Shown piece by piece: positions 48,907-58,330 of a stretch of 64,000 bases of DNA. This stretch comes from Alphaproteobacteria bacterium (GTDB taxonomy: Bacteria > Pseudomonadota > Alphaproteobacteria > JAEUKQ01), in the NCBI GenBank assembly GCA_016794225.1, contig JAEUKQ010000002.1:8347-72346 (forward strand), read 5' to 3'. A program made the translations under genes and the position numbers. The first letter of the stretch is position 1. Every line of letters begins with the position of its first letter. The notes below the pieces were generated by a model. It saw only the letters and a list, made by a program, of their open reading frames with translations. It had not been told where the DNA came from and made no database searches.

Positions 48907-51900
48907 GTGTCAGCCGATGGACCAGCATTAAGCAAAAAATTGCAGATACCAGCAGGTTTTGTTTTTGAAGATTTGTATCAACGCGATGGACTGATTAGGA
49001 TTGATCAGCTTTTTTTGGAACAGGTGCACAAAGCAAATCCATCATTATGGCAACGTTTTCTAGCGGCGCGCACTAATCCAGCAGATATTAAGCCAATTGA
49101 TGAAAGCAATTTGTTGATAGAATTGGCACCACACCTAGACGGTTTTTTAGGCCATTTTTTTGCGATTGACCAGGAATTAAATACCCTTGCCGCGCAAACC
49201 AACCGTTTGGCGCCCTTATATGCTTGCAAGCGGCTTTTTGTTCAACGGCAGGCAGTGAAGGCCTTTACACCAGATGAAATAGCACTTTTTGATATTAAAG
49301 CCGTTGAAAAATCCCTACAGGCTTTTTTAGGACATAACTGGGACGAGTTAGCTTTCGCAACACAGGTTATGGTATGGGAACAGCAGCCAGAACAACATCA
49401 GCCAGCACGACAGCTTGCCTTAAAATATGCCGCTTGGGCTACCTTAACGACAGAAGGTCGCCAACGCCATAAAGCCGGTATTTTATTTCATCAACCGCAT
49501 AAATTGGATCATCAGCATTTAATTCACCTGGAAACCGTTGATAAAGATGGTGTGCGCATGCTGCGCTTACCCGTTTCGGAACAACGTGGGCGTGATGGGT
49601 TTTCCTTAACCGATCAGGGCGCCGATTTAGCCCAGGCTCTAGACCAGGCGAATTATTGTATCTGGTGCCATGATCAGGGAAAAGATTCTTGTTCAAAGGG
49701 GCTGCGCGATCGTAAGACGGGTGCGTTTCAGAAATCGCCCTTTGGTGTAACCTTGGCAGGGTGTCCGCTTGAAGAAAAAATATCCGAGATGCACACCTTG
49801 AAAACCCAGGGATATGCCATATCGGCTTTAGCCGTTGCAGTTGTCGACAATCCAATGTTGGCGGCAACCGGCCATCGTATTTGTAATGATTGTATGAAAA
49901 GCTGTATCTATCAAAAGCAGGAACCGGTCAACATCCCACAGGTTGAAACAAGAACTTTAAAAGATGTGCTGCAATTACCATGGGGATTTGAGGTATACAG
50001 CTTATTAACCCGCTGGAATCCCTTGAATATTCGGCGTCCATTGCCTAAGCCCGATCGTGGGTACAAAGTTTTAGTGGTAGGTTTAGGGCCAGCAGGTTTT
50101 ACTTTGTCGCATCATTTAATGAATGATGGTCATAATGTTGTGGCAATTGATGGGTTAAAAATTGAACCACTGCCATCTGGGTTGTGTGGTATTGATTTTC
50201 ATGGGAAACGCACACCATTTCAGCCAATTTTTGATTACAAAATATTGGAAGAAGACCTTGATAAAAGAATTATGGCAGGTTTTGGGGGGGTTGCTGAATA
50301 CGGAATTACAGTACGTTGGAATAAAAACTTTTTAAAAATTATTCGGTTGTTACTTGAAAGACGGCAGCAATTTCGCATGTTTGGCGGCATACGGTTTGGT
50401 GGAACGTTAACCGTTGATGATGCCATGCGTATGGGTTTTGATCATATAGCTCTTTGTGCTGGCGCAGGCCGTCCAACACATATTTCTATGCCCAATGGGC
50501 TTGCCAAGGGCGTGCGCATGGCCTCGGACTTTTTGATGGCGTTGCAGTTGACTGGTGCAGCTCGGTCTGATTCGATTGCCAACCTGCAAATAAGGTTGCC
50601 AGTGGTTGTTATTGGTGGGGGCTTAACTGCAATTGATACGGCAACCGAGTCGATGGCTTATTATGTGCGGCAGGTTGAAAAATTTGCCAGACGCTATCAG
50701 CAATTAACTGCCAAATTGGGTAATGCCGTTGTTCGCCAGAATTGGAGTGTTGAAGACGCAAAAATTTTTGATGAATTTTTAGAACATGCAGGGGCAATTA
50801 AAGCAGAGCGTGAGGCAGCTAGACGCGAGAAGCGTCAACCACTTTTCCAAAACTTGATTAATCAATGGGGTGGGGTAACGGTTGCTTATCGCCGCCAGTT
50901 AACAGAATCACCCAGCTATACCCTAAATCACGAAGAAGTGGCTATTGCCATGCAAGAGGGTATCCAGTTTGCCGAGGGTATAACACCATTAGCGGTTGAG
51001 GTTGACGAATATCAAGCGGCTAAGGGGTTAAAGGTTAAAGTTGAACAGGATGGTGTGGTTAGCGAAAAAACCTTGCCAGCGCGTAGTATTTTGATTGCAG
51101 CAGGTACCCAACCAAATACAACCCTAGCCAAGGAAGACTGTACCAATATTACGGTTGATGGACGTTATTTTCAGGCAATTGATGATCAGGGATCAATCGT
51201 AAAGCCAGCTTACGCCCTTTCCAAACCACCCGCTGCACATATGCTGGCTTCACGCTATCATGATGGCCGGTTTATTAGTTTTTTTGGCGATCTGCATCCA
51301 TCGTTTTTTGGCAATGTGGTCAAGGCTATGGGCAGTGCCAAGCAAGGATATCCTGTTATTTCCCGTGTTATGGCTTACAATAAACCGACAATGGTGACAC
51401 CGGCCAAATTGGTAGATTTGTTAAATCAACAACTACCGGTAACGGTTCACGCCGTCAATCGCCTAACACCAACAATTATTGAAGTTGTATTAAAAGCGCC
51501 TAAGGCAGCTGCAGCCTTTCAGCCCGGACAATTTTACCGGTTGCAGAATTATGAAACCCATGCCAAGTACGCCGAAAAAACATTGCTTGCTATGGAAGGC
51601 TTGGCCATGACAGGCGCGTGGACTGATGTTAAGCAGGGGTTAATTTCGGTCATTGCCCTTGAAATGGGAGGATCATCCGATTTATGTGCAACGTTGCAGC
51701 CAGGTGAACCAGTAATATTGATGGGCCCAACTGGTACTCCAACAGAAATATCTAAAGAAAAGTTAGCAGTTTTGGTTGGTGGCGGTCTTGGAAATGCGGT
51801 TTTGTTTTCAATTGGTGCAGCGTTACGCGCTGCTGGAACCAAAGTTTTATATTTTGCCGGCTATAAGAAACGACAAGACCGTTACAAGGTAAAACAAATT

Positions 51901-52425
51901 GAGGCAGCCGCCGATGTTGTGGTGTGGTGCTGTGATGAAAAACCTGGTTTTACACCGGAAAGACCGCAGGATATGACTTTTGTTGGCAACATTGTTGACG
52001 CGATGGTTGCTTATGCACAGGAAAAATTAGGGCCAATTACCCTATATATGCATGATATGCAACGCCTTATTGCGATTGGATCTGATCGCATGATGGCGGC
52101 TGTGGCACGTGCACGGCATTCGATCTTGGCACCTTATATTTCCAAAGAACATCATGCTATTGGGTCTATCAATTCACCAATGCAGTGTATGATGAAAGAA
52201 ATTTGTGCCCAGTGTCTCCAAACGCATCGTGATCCACTAACGGGTAAGGAAACAGTCGTTTTTTCATGCAACAACCAAGATCAACACCTTGATCATGTGG
52301 ATTGGAACGTTCTTTCCCAACGATTGGCTCAAAATTCAGTACAGGAAAAAATAACGGCACTTCAGGTAGACCAAGCCTTAAAGCAATTGGGGCTTCGTCC
52401 AGGGCAGGCAAGCCCTAAAGGATAA
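48907..52425 (+). CDS. multidomain Fe-S/flavin oxidoreductase: unassigned N-terminal region + GltD-like NAD(P)/FAD domain + PyrK/SudB-like ferredoxin-reductase domain
   Basis: 1172 aa from GTG 48907, with AGGGG upstream. Cys clusters CIWCHDQGKDSC, GCPLEE, CNDCMKSC. Dinucleotide motifs VLVVGLGPAG and VVVIGGGLTAIDTA. C-terminal FQPGQFYRL...GGGLGNAVLF and Cys cluster CMMKEICAQC resemble PyrK-type modules. Confidence 0.7.
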   Translation: MSADGPALSKKLQIPAGFVFEDLYQRDGLIRIDQLFLEQVHKANPSLWQRFLAARTNPADIKPIDESNLLIELAPHLDGFLGHFFAIDQELNTLAAQTNRLAPLYACKRLFVQRQAVKAFTPDEIALFDIKAVEKSLQAFLGHNWDELAFATQVMVWEQQPEQHQPARQLALKYAAWATLTTEGRQRHKAGILFHQPHKLDHQHLIHLETVDKDGVRMLRLPVSEQRGRDGFSLTDQGADLAQALDQANYCIWCHDQGKDSCSKGLRDRKTGAFQKSPFGVTLAGCPLEEKISEMHTLKTQGYAISALAVAVVDNPMLAATGHRICNDCMKSCIYQKQEPVNIPQVETRTLKDVLQLPWGFEVYSLLTRWNPLNIRRPLPKPDRGYKVLVVGLGPAGFTLSHHLMNDGHNVVAIDGLKIEPLPSGLCGIDFHGKRTPFQPIFDYKILEEDLDKRIMAGFGGVAEYGITVRWNKNFLKIIRLLLERRQQFRMFGGIRFGGTLTVDDAMRMGFDHIALCAGAGRPTHISMPNGLAKGVRMASDFLMALQLTGAARSDSIANLQIRLPVVVIGGGLTAIDTATESMAYYVRQVEKFARRYQQLTAKLGNAVVRQNWSVEDAKIFDEFLEHAGAIKAEREAARREKRQPLFQNLINQWGGVTVAYRRQLTESPSYTLNHEEVAIAMQEGIQFAEGITPLAVEVDEYQAAKGLKVKVEQDGVVSEKTLPARSILIAAGTQPNTTLAKEDCTNITVDGRYFQAIDDQGSIVKPAYALSKPPAAHMLASRYHDGRFISFFGDLHPSFFGNVVKAMGSAKQGYPVISRVMAYNKPTMVTPAKLVDLLNQQLPVTVHAVNRLTPTIIEVVLKAPKAAAAFQPGQFYRLQNYETHAKYAEKTLLAMEGLAMTGAWTDVKQGLISVIALEMGGSSDLCATLQPGEPVILMGPTGTPTEISKEKLAVLVGGGLGNAVLFSIGAALRAAGTKVLYFAGYKKRQDRYKVKQIEAAADVVVWCCDEKPGFTPERPQDMTFVGNIVDAMVAYAQEKLGPITLYMHDMQRLIAIGSDRMMAAVARARHSILAPYISKEHHAIGSINSPMQCMMKEICAQCLQTHRDPLTGKETVVFSCNNQDQHLDHVDWNVLSQRLAQNSVQEKITALQVDQALKQLGLRPGQASPKG

Positions 52426-52430
52426 ACTTA

Positions 52431-53261
52431 ATGAAATATGCTACTTTTATTCATCAAGGCCAGCAATTAGCCGGCACACTTGATCCAGGCCGGCAAACGG
52501 TGCAACCATTGGCGTTTGACATGCTAACAATTATTCAGAAAGGCCCTATGTTTCAGGGGCCAGTGTTGCCGTTATCTGCGGTTCAATTGTTAGCACCTAT
52601 CGCCAATCCTCCCCATAATGTTATATGTGTGGGTAAGAATTATCATGAACATTTAAAAGAAGTTAGCCACACAGCCCCGTCTGGGGACAGCGTCCCAGAA
52701 TATCCCATTTTTTTTACCAAGGCCAGCACCTGTATCATTGGGCCGAACGAACCTATTATTCTGCCAACGCTTTTAAGCCAGAAGATTGATTATGAAGCAG
52801 AATTAGCAGTAATTATCGGTAAACGTGCCAAAAACATTTCTGAAAGTAACGCTGCTGAATATATTTTTGGATATATGATTGCTAATGATGTTACGGCGCG
52901 TGATGTACAAAAACGTCATCAACAATGGTTTTTGGGGAAATCACTGGATGGTTTTTTGCCAACAGGCCCTTGGATTGTTACCGCGGATGAAGTGAACGCG
53001 CATGACCTAACAATTCGTTGTTGGGTTAATCAAGAATTACGCCAGCAAGCAAGTACCGCTTCAATGATTTTTAGTATTCCGAAGCTACTACAAACCTTAA
53101 CATCTGGTATGACCCTTGAAGCAGGCGACATTGTTATTACAGGTACACCGGCCGGTGTAGGTATGGGTTTTAATCCCCCACGCTTTTTAAAAAATGGCGA
53201 CAATATCCGTATCGAAATTAGCCAACTGGGCATCCTGATCAATCCGGTGGTTGGTGCATAG
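52431..53261 (+). CDS. fumarylacetoacetate hydrolase (FAH) family protein
   Basis: 276 aa. ICVGKNYHEH, DYEAELAVIIGK, GDIVITGTPAGVG. Starts 5 nt after the preceding stop. Confidence 0.85.
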   Translation: MKYATFIHQGQQLAGTLDPGRQTVQPLAFDMLTIIQKGPMFQGPVLPLSAVQLLAPIANPPHNVICVGKNYHEHLKEVSHTAPSGDSVPEYPIFFTKASTCIIGPNEPIILPTLLSQKIDYEAELAVIIGKRAKNISESNAAEYIFGYMIANDVTARDVQKRHQQWFLGKSLDGFLPTGPWIVTADEVNAHDLTIRCWVNQELRQQASTASMIFSIPKLLQTLTSGMTLEAGDIVITGTPAGVGMGFNPPRFLKNGDNIRIEISQLGILINPVVGA

Positions 53262-53273
53262 AAAGGCTTATAT

Positions 53274-53876
53274 TTGACCCAATTAGCACAAGACGGCGTT
53301 AAAAAAACATGGAAACAGCGTTTGGATGGGTGGGCTAAGCACAAGCATGCTGGCTTGTTTTTGTTGCTGATTGCTTTTTTTGAAAGTTGGATTTTTCCAA
53401 TACCACCTGATATTTTATTGTTGGCGCTTGTCCTTGGTAAACCGCAATCTTGGGCACGCTGGGCAGCAATATGCACGTTAGGGTCGGTAATTGGTGGTGT
53501 GTTTGGGTACATTATTGGCGCCTGGCTTTATGAAACATTGGGTCTTTGGTTGGTACAAAGTTATGGGTTTGAAGCTGAACTTGAACATTTCCGACAAGTT
53601 TACGCCGATTGGGGTGTGTGGATTATTTTAATTAAAGGGTTAACACCAATACCTTATAAGCTTGTAACTATTGCCAGCGGATTGGCAGGGTTTGATTTTG
53701 TATCTTTTATTATTTTGTCTTTATTAACCCGTGGATTGCGGTTTTTTATTGTTAGTTACCTAACACATCGTTTCGGGCCACAGATCAGTGCCACAATGGC
53801 CAGGTACCGAGTTTTAAGTGTTCTGATTTTAATTGGCTGTGTGCTGGGTGGTTTTGCTGTTGTTTTTTACCTATAA
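53274..53876 (+). CDS. YqaA-family (DedA/SNARE-associated superfamily) membrane protein
   Basis: 200 aa. AFFESWIFPIPPDILLLAL motif and several TM segments. TTG start, which is uncertain. Confidence 0.7.
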   Translation: MTQLAQDGVKKTWKQRLDGWAKHKHAGLFLLLIAFFESWIFPIPPDILLLALVLGKPQSWARWAAICTLGSVIGGVFGYIIGAWLYETLGLWLVQSYGFEAELEHFRQVYADWGVWIILIKGLTPIPYKLVTIASGLAGFDFVSFIILSLLTRGLRFFIVSYLTHRFGPQISATMARYRVLSVLILIGCVLGGFAVVFYL

Positions 53877-53906
53877 TGTTGAATGTTTTAGGCAAAATTG
53901 TATAAT

Positions 53907-54458
53907 ATGGCATCATCATTCGAATTATTGACGAAGGAGGGTTTGGTGTTGACCAATCGGCCGGCCTATCAGGTGCCCCATTTCTTGTTTATTGTAACCT
54001 TTTTTTGGTGTTTGCTGGCACTTTTTATTGCCTTGGGATCACAATATTTTGGTGGTTTGGCGCCTTGTGTTTTGTGTCACTATCAGCGGTACCCTTATGC
54101 TGTTGGTATGGTTGTTTCGCTGATTGGCGTGTTGTTTTGGCCAACCCGCTTGATGGTGATTTTGGGTATTGTTTGTATTGCTGCCAGTGGGTCTGTGGCT
54201 TTTTTTCATGTTGGTGTTGAACAAGCATGGTGGGCAGGAACAACTGCATGTGCTGGTAATGCGTTAGACCCTAATCAGGAACCAAGCCGTTTTATTGACT
54301 TATTACGGCAAAAATCCATGGTGCGTTGTGACACGCCAGCCTGGAGTTGGGCTGGTATTTCCATGGCAGGTTATAATCTTTTATATGCGGTATCAGGTGT
54401 CATTTTGCTTGGGAGTGTTTTATGGCGATTTGGTCGGAGAAAGAATAATGAAACATAA
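53907..54458 (+). CDS. dsbB: disulfide bond formation protein B family (DsbB/BdbC-like)
   Basis: Four TM segments. First loop CVLCHYQRYPY (CxxC) and a second Cys pair (TACAG...VRCD). Confidence 0.75.
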   Translation: MASSFELLTKEGLVLTNRPAYQVPHFLFIVTFFWCLLALFIALGSQYFGGLAPCVLCHYQRYPYAVGMVVSLIGVLFWPTRLMVILGIVCIAASGSVAFFHVGVEQAWWAGTTACAGNALDPNQEPSRFIDLLRQKSMVRCDTPAWSWAGISMAGYNLLYAVSGVILLGSVLWRFGRRKNNET

Positions 54459-54993
54459 CCCGTTTTTACCCGGTGATTTACAGCCCATTCAGCACCTACA
54501 ACAAGCTTTGCGCGTTAATCATGCCGGTGAATATGGCGCAGTGCGTATTTACCAGGGGCAAATGGCAGTATTGAAAGATCAATCTTCCCAGGCATTAGTT
54601 GCCGAAATGTTACAGCAAGAACAACGACATTTAGATATTTTTAATAACCAGCTTAAAGAAAACCATGTCCGTCCCACATTTTTTCAGCCATTATGGCACA
54701 TTGCTGGCTATGGATTGGGGGTTATTACCGCAGCACTTGGCCCAAAAGCAGCGATGGCATGTACTGTGGCGGTAGAAGAAGTGATTGACCAACATTATCA
54801 AGAACAGTTAGCCGAACTGTCCGAAGAGCGGCAGGATTTAAAAAATATTATTGAAGAATGTCGGCAGGACGAATGTCACCATCGCGATATCGCTCTAGAA
54901 AACAAAGCCCAGCAAGCACCAGCCTATCCCATGATAAAATTTGTGGTTACCAGGGCAACAAAATTTGCAATCTGGATATCCAAACGCATCTAA
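54448..54993 (+). CDS. coq7: demethoxyubiquinone hydroxylase (Coq7 family di-iron enzyme)
   Basis: From the internal ATG: MKHNPFLPGD...LRVNHAGEYGAVRIYQGQ..., EQRHL, EEVIDQHY, DECHHRD iron-ligand motifs. The upstream part of the 54295 ORF overlaps dsbB and is rejected. Confidence 0.85.
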   Translation: MKHNPFLPGDLQPIQHLQQALRVNHAGEYGAVRIYQGQMAVLKDQSSQALVAEMLQQEQRHLDIFNNQLKENHVRPTFFQPLWHIAGYGLGVITAALGPKAAMACTVAVEEVIDQHYQEQLAELSEERQDLKNIIEECRQDECHHRDIALENKAQQAPAYPMIKFVVTRATKFAIWISKRI

Positions 54994-55553
54994 TTTTGCT
55001 CAAGCTCGCTATCCCAATACAAGAAATCACGCCAGCTTTGATGCAAATGGTTGGGGGGAAAGAATCGCCCATTTTCCTGTAATTCCCAACTATTGGGCTC
55101 TTTCGGGTAGCGTAGCGGAATCATTTTGCTTTCATGGGGCATGCTGTTTCCCTTGCGCATATTGCATGTTTGGCACGCCGTAACAACATTATGCCAGCTT
55201 GTATTACCGCCCCGCGATTTGGGGATGACGTGGTCAAAGGTTAATTCGGCCGAATGGTGTTGTGCCCCACAATATTGACAAGTGAAGCAGTCACGTAAAA
55301 AAACGTTAAAACGTGTAAAGGCAGGTCGTCGGGACATGGGAACAAATTCGCGCAGGGCAATCACACTGGGCAGTTTCATGCGAAAAGTTGGACTACAGAT
55401 ATATTCGTCATATTCGCAGAGAATCTCGACGCGTTCCATAAAAACGGCTTTCACCGTGTGTTGCCACGACCATAAAGATAAAGGAAAATAACTAAGTGGC
55501 CGAAAATCGGCGTTTAAGACCAAAGCGGTACAGGATTCCAGGTTTGTTGACAC
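54990..55553 (-). CDS. HNH endonuclease family protein
   Basis: 187 aa. CQYCGAQ...LTFDHVIPKSRGGNTSWHNVVTACQTCNMRKGN is an HNH/ββα-Me motif with a Cys4 zinc site. Confidence 0.8.
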   Translation of the reverse strand: MSTNLESCTALVLNADFRPLSYFPLSLWSWQHTVKAVFMERVEILCEYDEYICSPTFRMKLPSVIALREFVPMSRRPAFTRFNVFLRDCFTCQYCGAQHHSAELTFDHVIPKSRGGNTSWHNVVTACQTCNMRKGNSMPHESKMIPLRYPKEPNSWELQENGRFFPPNHLHQSWRDFLYWDSELEQN

Positions 55554-55701
55554 AATATACCCCGTCCAAATCTAAGGCAAAGGCTTAGAAACAGGGTTTA
55601 CCAACGGCGACTTTGCCATTCTTGAATGTCGTCAGACAAACCCACAAAGCCCATTAGCGATATTATATGCGGTTCAATGTTTTTAGGCAACAAAGATATT
55701 A

Positions 55702-56373
55702 TTAGGTATTGGCCAGGCGTTGCTGTAAAAATTGTGTCGCTTTCTTGAGGCCAGCCTCGTCAATACTGTGTCCTAAACTGGGCCTGCTTAATAATTCTGC
55801 TGGAACACCGGCATCATGCAGCGCCCGATACGCCTGTTGGCTTTCATGAAAAGGTACAACCATATCTTCGGTTCCATGGATCAACAAAACAGGGGGGAAG
55901 GATGCCAATTCCTGGCGAATCAGATGTGTCCCTATAAGGGCACCCGAAAATGAAATAATGCCGCCCAATTGTTGGCGTTGGCGCAATCCAACATGTAATG
56001 CCATCATCGCGCCTTGGGAAAAACCTGCAAGGACAATATGGCGATAGGGTATGTTAAAAATCTTTGATTTGGATTCGATGTACCGTTCAATATAAGTCGC
56101 TGTATGCCGCGCCGCAGGCATCAGCATAAAGGGATCAAGTATATTTAATCCAAACCACTGATAACCGTGATCATTGTGCTCACAAGGATATGGGGCGTTA
56201 GGAGCTAAAAAATGTGCTTTTGGCAGGTGTTGTTGAAAAAATGGGGCAAGTGAAATTAAATCGTTTCCATCCGATCCATAACCATGCAGCAAAATAACAA
56301 GCATGCTTGGATTGACGGGGGGTGTGGGATAAGATGGCCCATCAAGCATGGGTAATTCTGGGGATATTGACAT
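55702..56373 (-). CDS. alpha/beta hydrolase, phospholipase/carboxylesterase family
   Basis: 223 aa. LLHGYGSDGNDL, nucleophile elbow GFSQGAMMA, LLIHGTEDMVVP, GHSI. Confidence 0.8.
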   Translation of the reverse strand: MSISPELPMLDGPSYPTPPVNPSMLVILLHGYGSDGNDLISLAPFFQQHLPKAHFLAPNAPYPCEHNDHGYQWFGLNILDPFMLMPAARHTATYIERYIESKSKIFNIPYRHIVLAGFSQGAMMALHVGLRQRQQLGGIISFSGALIGTHLIRQELASFPPVLLIHGTEDMVVPFHESQQAYRALHDAGVPAELLSRPSLGHSIDEAGLKKATQFLQQRLANT

Positions 56374-56586
56374 TTATTCCTCGCTGATTGCTTATTTTAG
56401 AGTGATGATGCCGGAATAGCAGGCACCTGGCAACCAATTTATCACAGCTAGATGGTTTGCCATATTATTGCCATAATTCTGTTCATTATTAAAAATTGTT
56501 TGGGTAACCTGAATATTATTGATTCTTCCGGATCAGTTTCAAGGGTTATCTTGCTGTCAATTAATATAGAAGAAGATAAAAAGCTT

Positions 56587-57228
56587 ATGTCACTTAATCA
56601 CCAGCCAACATTTTGGAGCAGTGTTGTTTTTTGGATTAAAAGCCGTTTGTTAATGGCGCGCCGTGGGCTGGTTAATTTGTGTAACCCCGTAATACGCCAA
56701 AAATTATCCAAGATAAACGATCTCAATCATCAAGATTTGGGGTTGGTATTTGTTGCTCAGTCTATCACACCTTTATGGACTGAAAAAAATTCAGCCGAGC
56801 AAGTATTACAGCTAGGTAAAGTTGAAAATTTACGGTTAGCTTGTCAGCAATTGCATCGACTATACATTCCAGCCGGCCATATTTTCAGCTTCTGGCGGCA
56901 AGTGGGCCGTTTATCGCGGCGACGCCGCTATGTAGCCGGGCGGGAGTTACGGCAAGGCTGTATTATTCCAACGATTGGCGGCGGTATTTGTCAATTATCT
57001 AATGCACTTTACGATACGGCACTGAAAGCCGGTTGTCATATTATTGAACGTCATGCACATTCACAAATCATTCCTGGCTCACTGGCAGAACAAGGGCGTG
57101 ATGCAACGGTCTTTTGGAATTATATAGATTTACGTTTTTGCCAACCAACAAAAGATTTATATATCGAATGCCAATTAACCCAAGATATGCTGCGGGTTTG
57201 TTTTTATCAGCGTACATGGAAAAAATAA
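56587..57228 (+). CDS. VanW domain protein
   Basis: GHIFSFWRQVG...IGGGICQLSNALYDTALKAGCHIIERHAHS...GRDATVFWNYIDLRF matches the VanW domain pattern. Start set at ATG 56587. The AT-rich upstream extension is doubtful. Confidence 0.75.
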   Translation: MSLNHQPTFWSSVVFWIKSRLLMARRGLVNLCNPVIRQKLSKINDLNHQDLGLVFVAQSITPLWTEKNSAEQVLQLGKVENLRLACQQLHRLYIPAGHIFSFWRQVGRLSRRRRYVAGRELRQGCIIPTIGGGICQLSNALYDTALKAGCHIIERHAHSQIIPGSLAEQGRDATVFWNYIDLRFCQPTKDLYIECQLTQDMLRVCFYQRTWKK

Positions 57229-57229
57229 T

Positions 57230-58330
57230 ATGAATAACCGTGACCACACACCCAACAGTTGCGCAAGTTGCGGCGTATATGATTGTTTCCGGAATGTTGA
57301 AAAAAAGCTTGCTACAACAAATATTGGTCGTACGGCTTTTCTGGTTGATCAATATTGGCCAGAATTTGATGGGTACATGCAACAGGTACGCCAGTCATGC
57401 GATTGGTTATTAACTCCCTTCAATGGCGGGAGGTTCCGTAAACCTCAATATGCCTGGAATCAGCAAGGATATCAAAGAGTATCTCATTTATTTTGGGTAA
57501 CCTTACGGCGCGCCTGGCAATTACGGCGTTTGGCACATCAGGGCGCAGTGCGACAGCGGCACATAATTGATTTTGACGAAAAAATAGCGATTGCACTTGG
57601 TAACCGGCTGAATTTTATGATTGAAGGATTGGTTGTTTGGCAGGCATTTTTATTACCTTTACACCGGCATGGTTTTTTAGGTGGCCGTCATTATGATGTT
57701 TTCATGCATCGGCTGCCCTATCAGGTCTTACAACACAAACTGGATAACACTGCAAAACAATTTCCACAAAGCCTAACATTAAATGATTTTCGTGTACCAG
57801 CAGCGGTGGTTCAGGAGGAATGGAAATTGTTAGAGCAAGCCAATCGCATTATTACACCCCATGCCTATATGGCCAAGTTATTCCCAGAAAAAACCATTTT
57901 ATTAAAATGGCAGATTCCAACATCTATAAAACCAGCACCACCCATTGCATCACCAAAAGTGGTTTTTATCGGCCCAACAGCTGGACGTCGTGGGGCTTAT
58001 GTCATGCGCAAATTTCTTGATCATTACCCCATATCCTTAACCGTTTTGGGACGGAATGTTGAACAACCTAATTTTTGGCAAGGGTACAAAGTGACGGAAG
58101 AATTATGGCATCCGAATTGGTTGGCAGATGTTGGTTTAGTTATATCATTAGCCCATATTGATCATCAGCCACGTCGGTTACTTGAGGCAGTGGCTGCAGG
58201 CGTTTCAATTATTGCGCGCACTGAATCTGGATTATTGCAGCCAATTCAGTTAACAGGAACACATCCCGACGAACAGAAAATTCAGCTTGGACTTGAACAA
58301 ATCGGGGCGTTCTCATGTGACAACCAGTAA
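57230..58330 (+). CDS. hypothetical protein with N-terminal CxxCxxxxC motif and a GT-B (GT4-like) glycosyltransferase-like C-terminal half
   Basis: 366 aa. ATG lies 1 nt after the VanW stop (TAATATG). C-terminal VVFIGPTAGRRG...ADVGLVISLAH...RRLLEAVAAGVSIIAR resembles the GT1/GT4 C-domain. The N-terminal 220 aa are not recognised. Confidence 0.5.
   Translation: MNNRDHTPNSCASCGVYDCFRNVEKKLATTNIGRTAFLVDQYWPEFDGYMQQVRQSCDWLLTPFNGGRFRKPQYAWNQQGYQRVSHLFWVTLRRAWQLRRLAHQGAVRQRHIIDFDEKIAIALGNRLNFMIEGLVVWQAFLLPLHRHGFLGGRHYDVFMHRLPYQVLQHKLDNTAKQFPQSLTLNDFRVPAAVVQEEWKLLEQANRIITPHAYMAKLFPEKTILLKWQIPTSIKPAPPIASPKVVFIGPTAGRRGAYVMRKFLDHYPISLTVLGRNVEQPNFWQGYKVTEELWHPNWLADVGLVISLAHIDHQPRRLLEAVAAGVSIIARTESGLLQPIQLTGTHPDEQKIQLGLEQIGAFSCDNQ

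Noticed and set aside
53030-53512. 160-aa minus-strand ORF spanning the FAH gene end and the yqaA start
   Set aside because: It is antisense to two supported CDS. It is rich in Pro, Ser and Arg and has no motifs or ribosome-binding site. Judged spurious.
54295-54447. Upstream 51 codons of the 232-aa ORF containing coq7
   Set aside because: This part overlaps the 3' end of dsbB in another frame. Coq7 homology (LRVNHAGEYGA...) starts after the internal Met at 54448.
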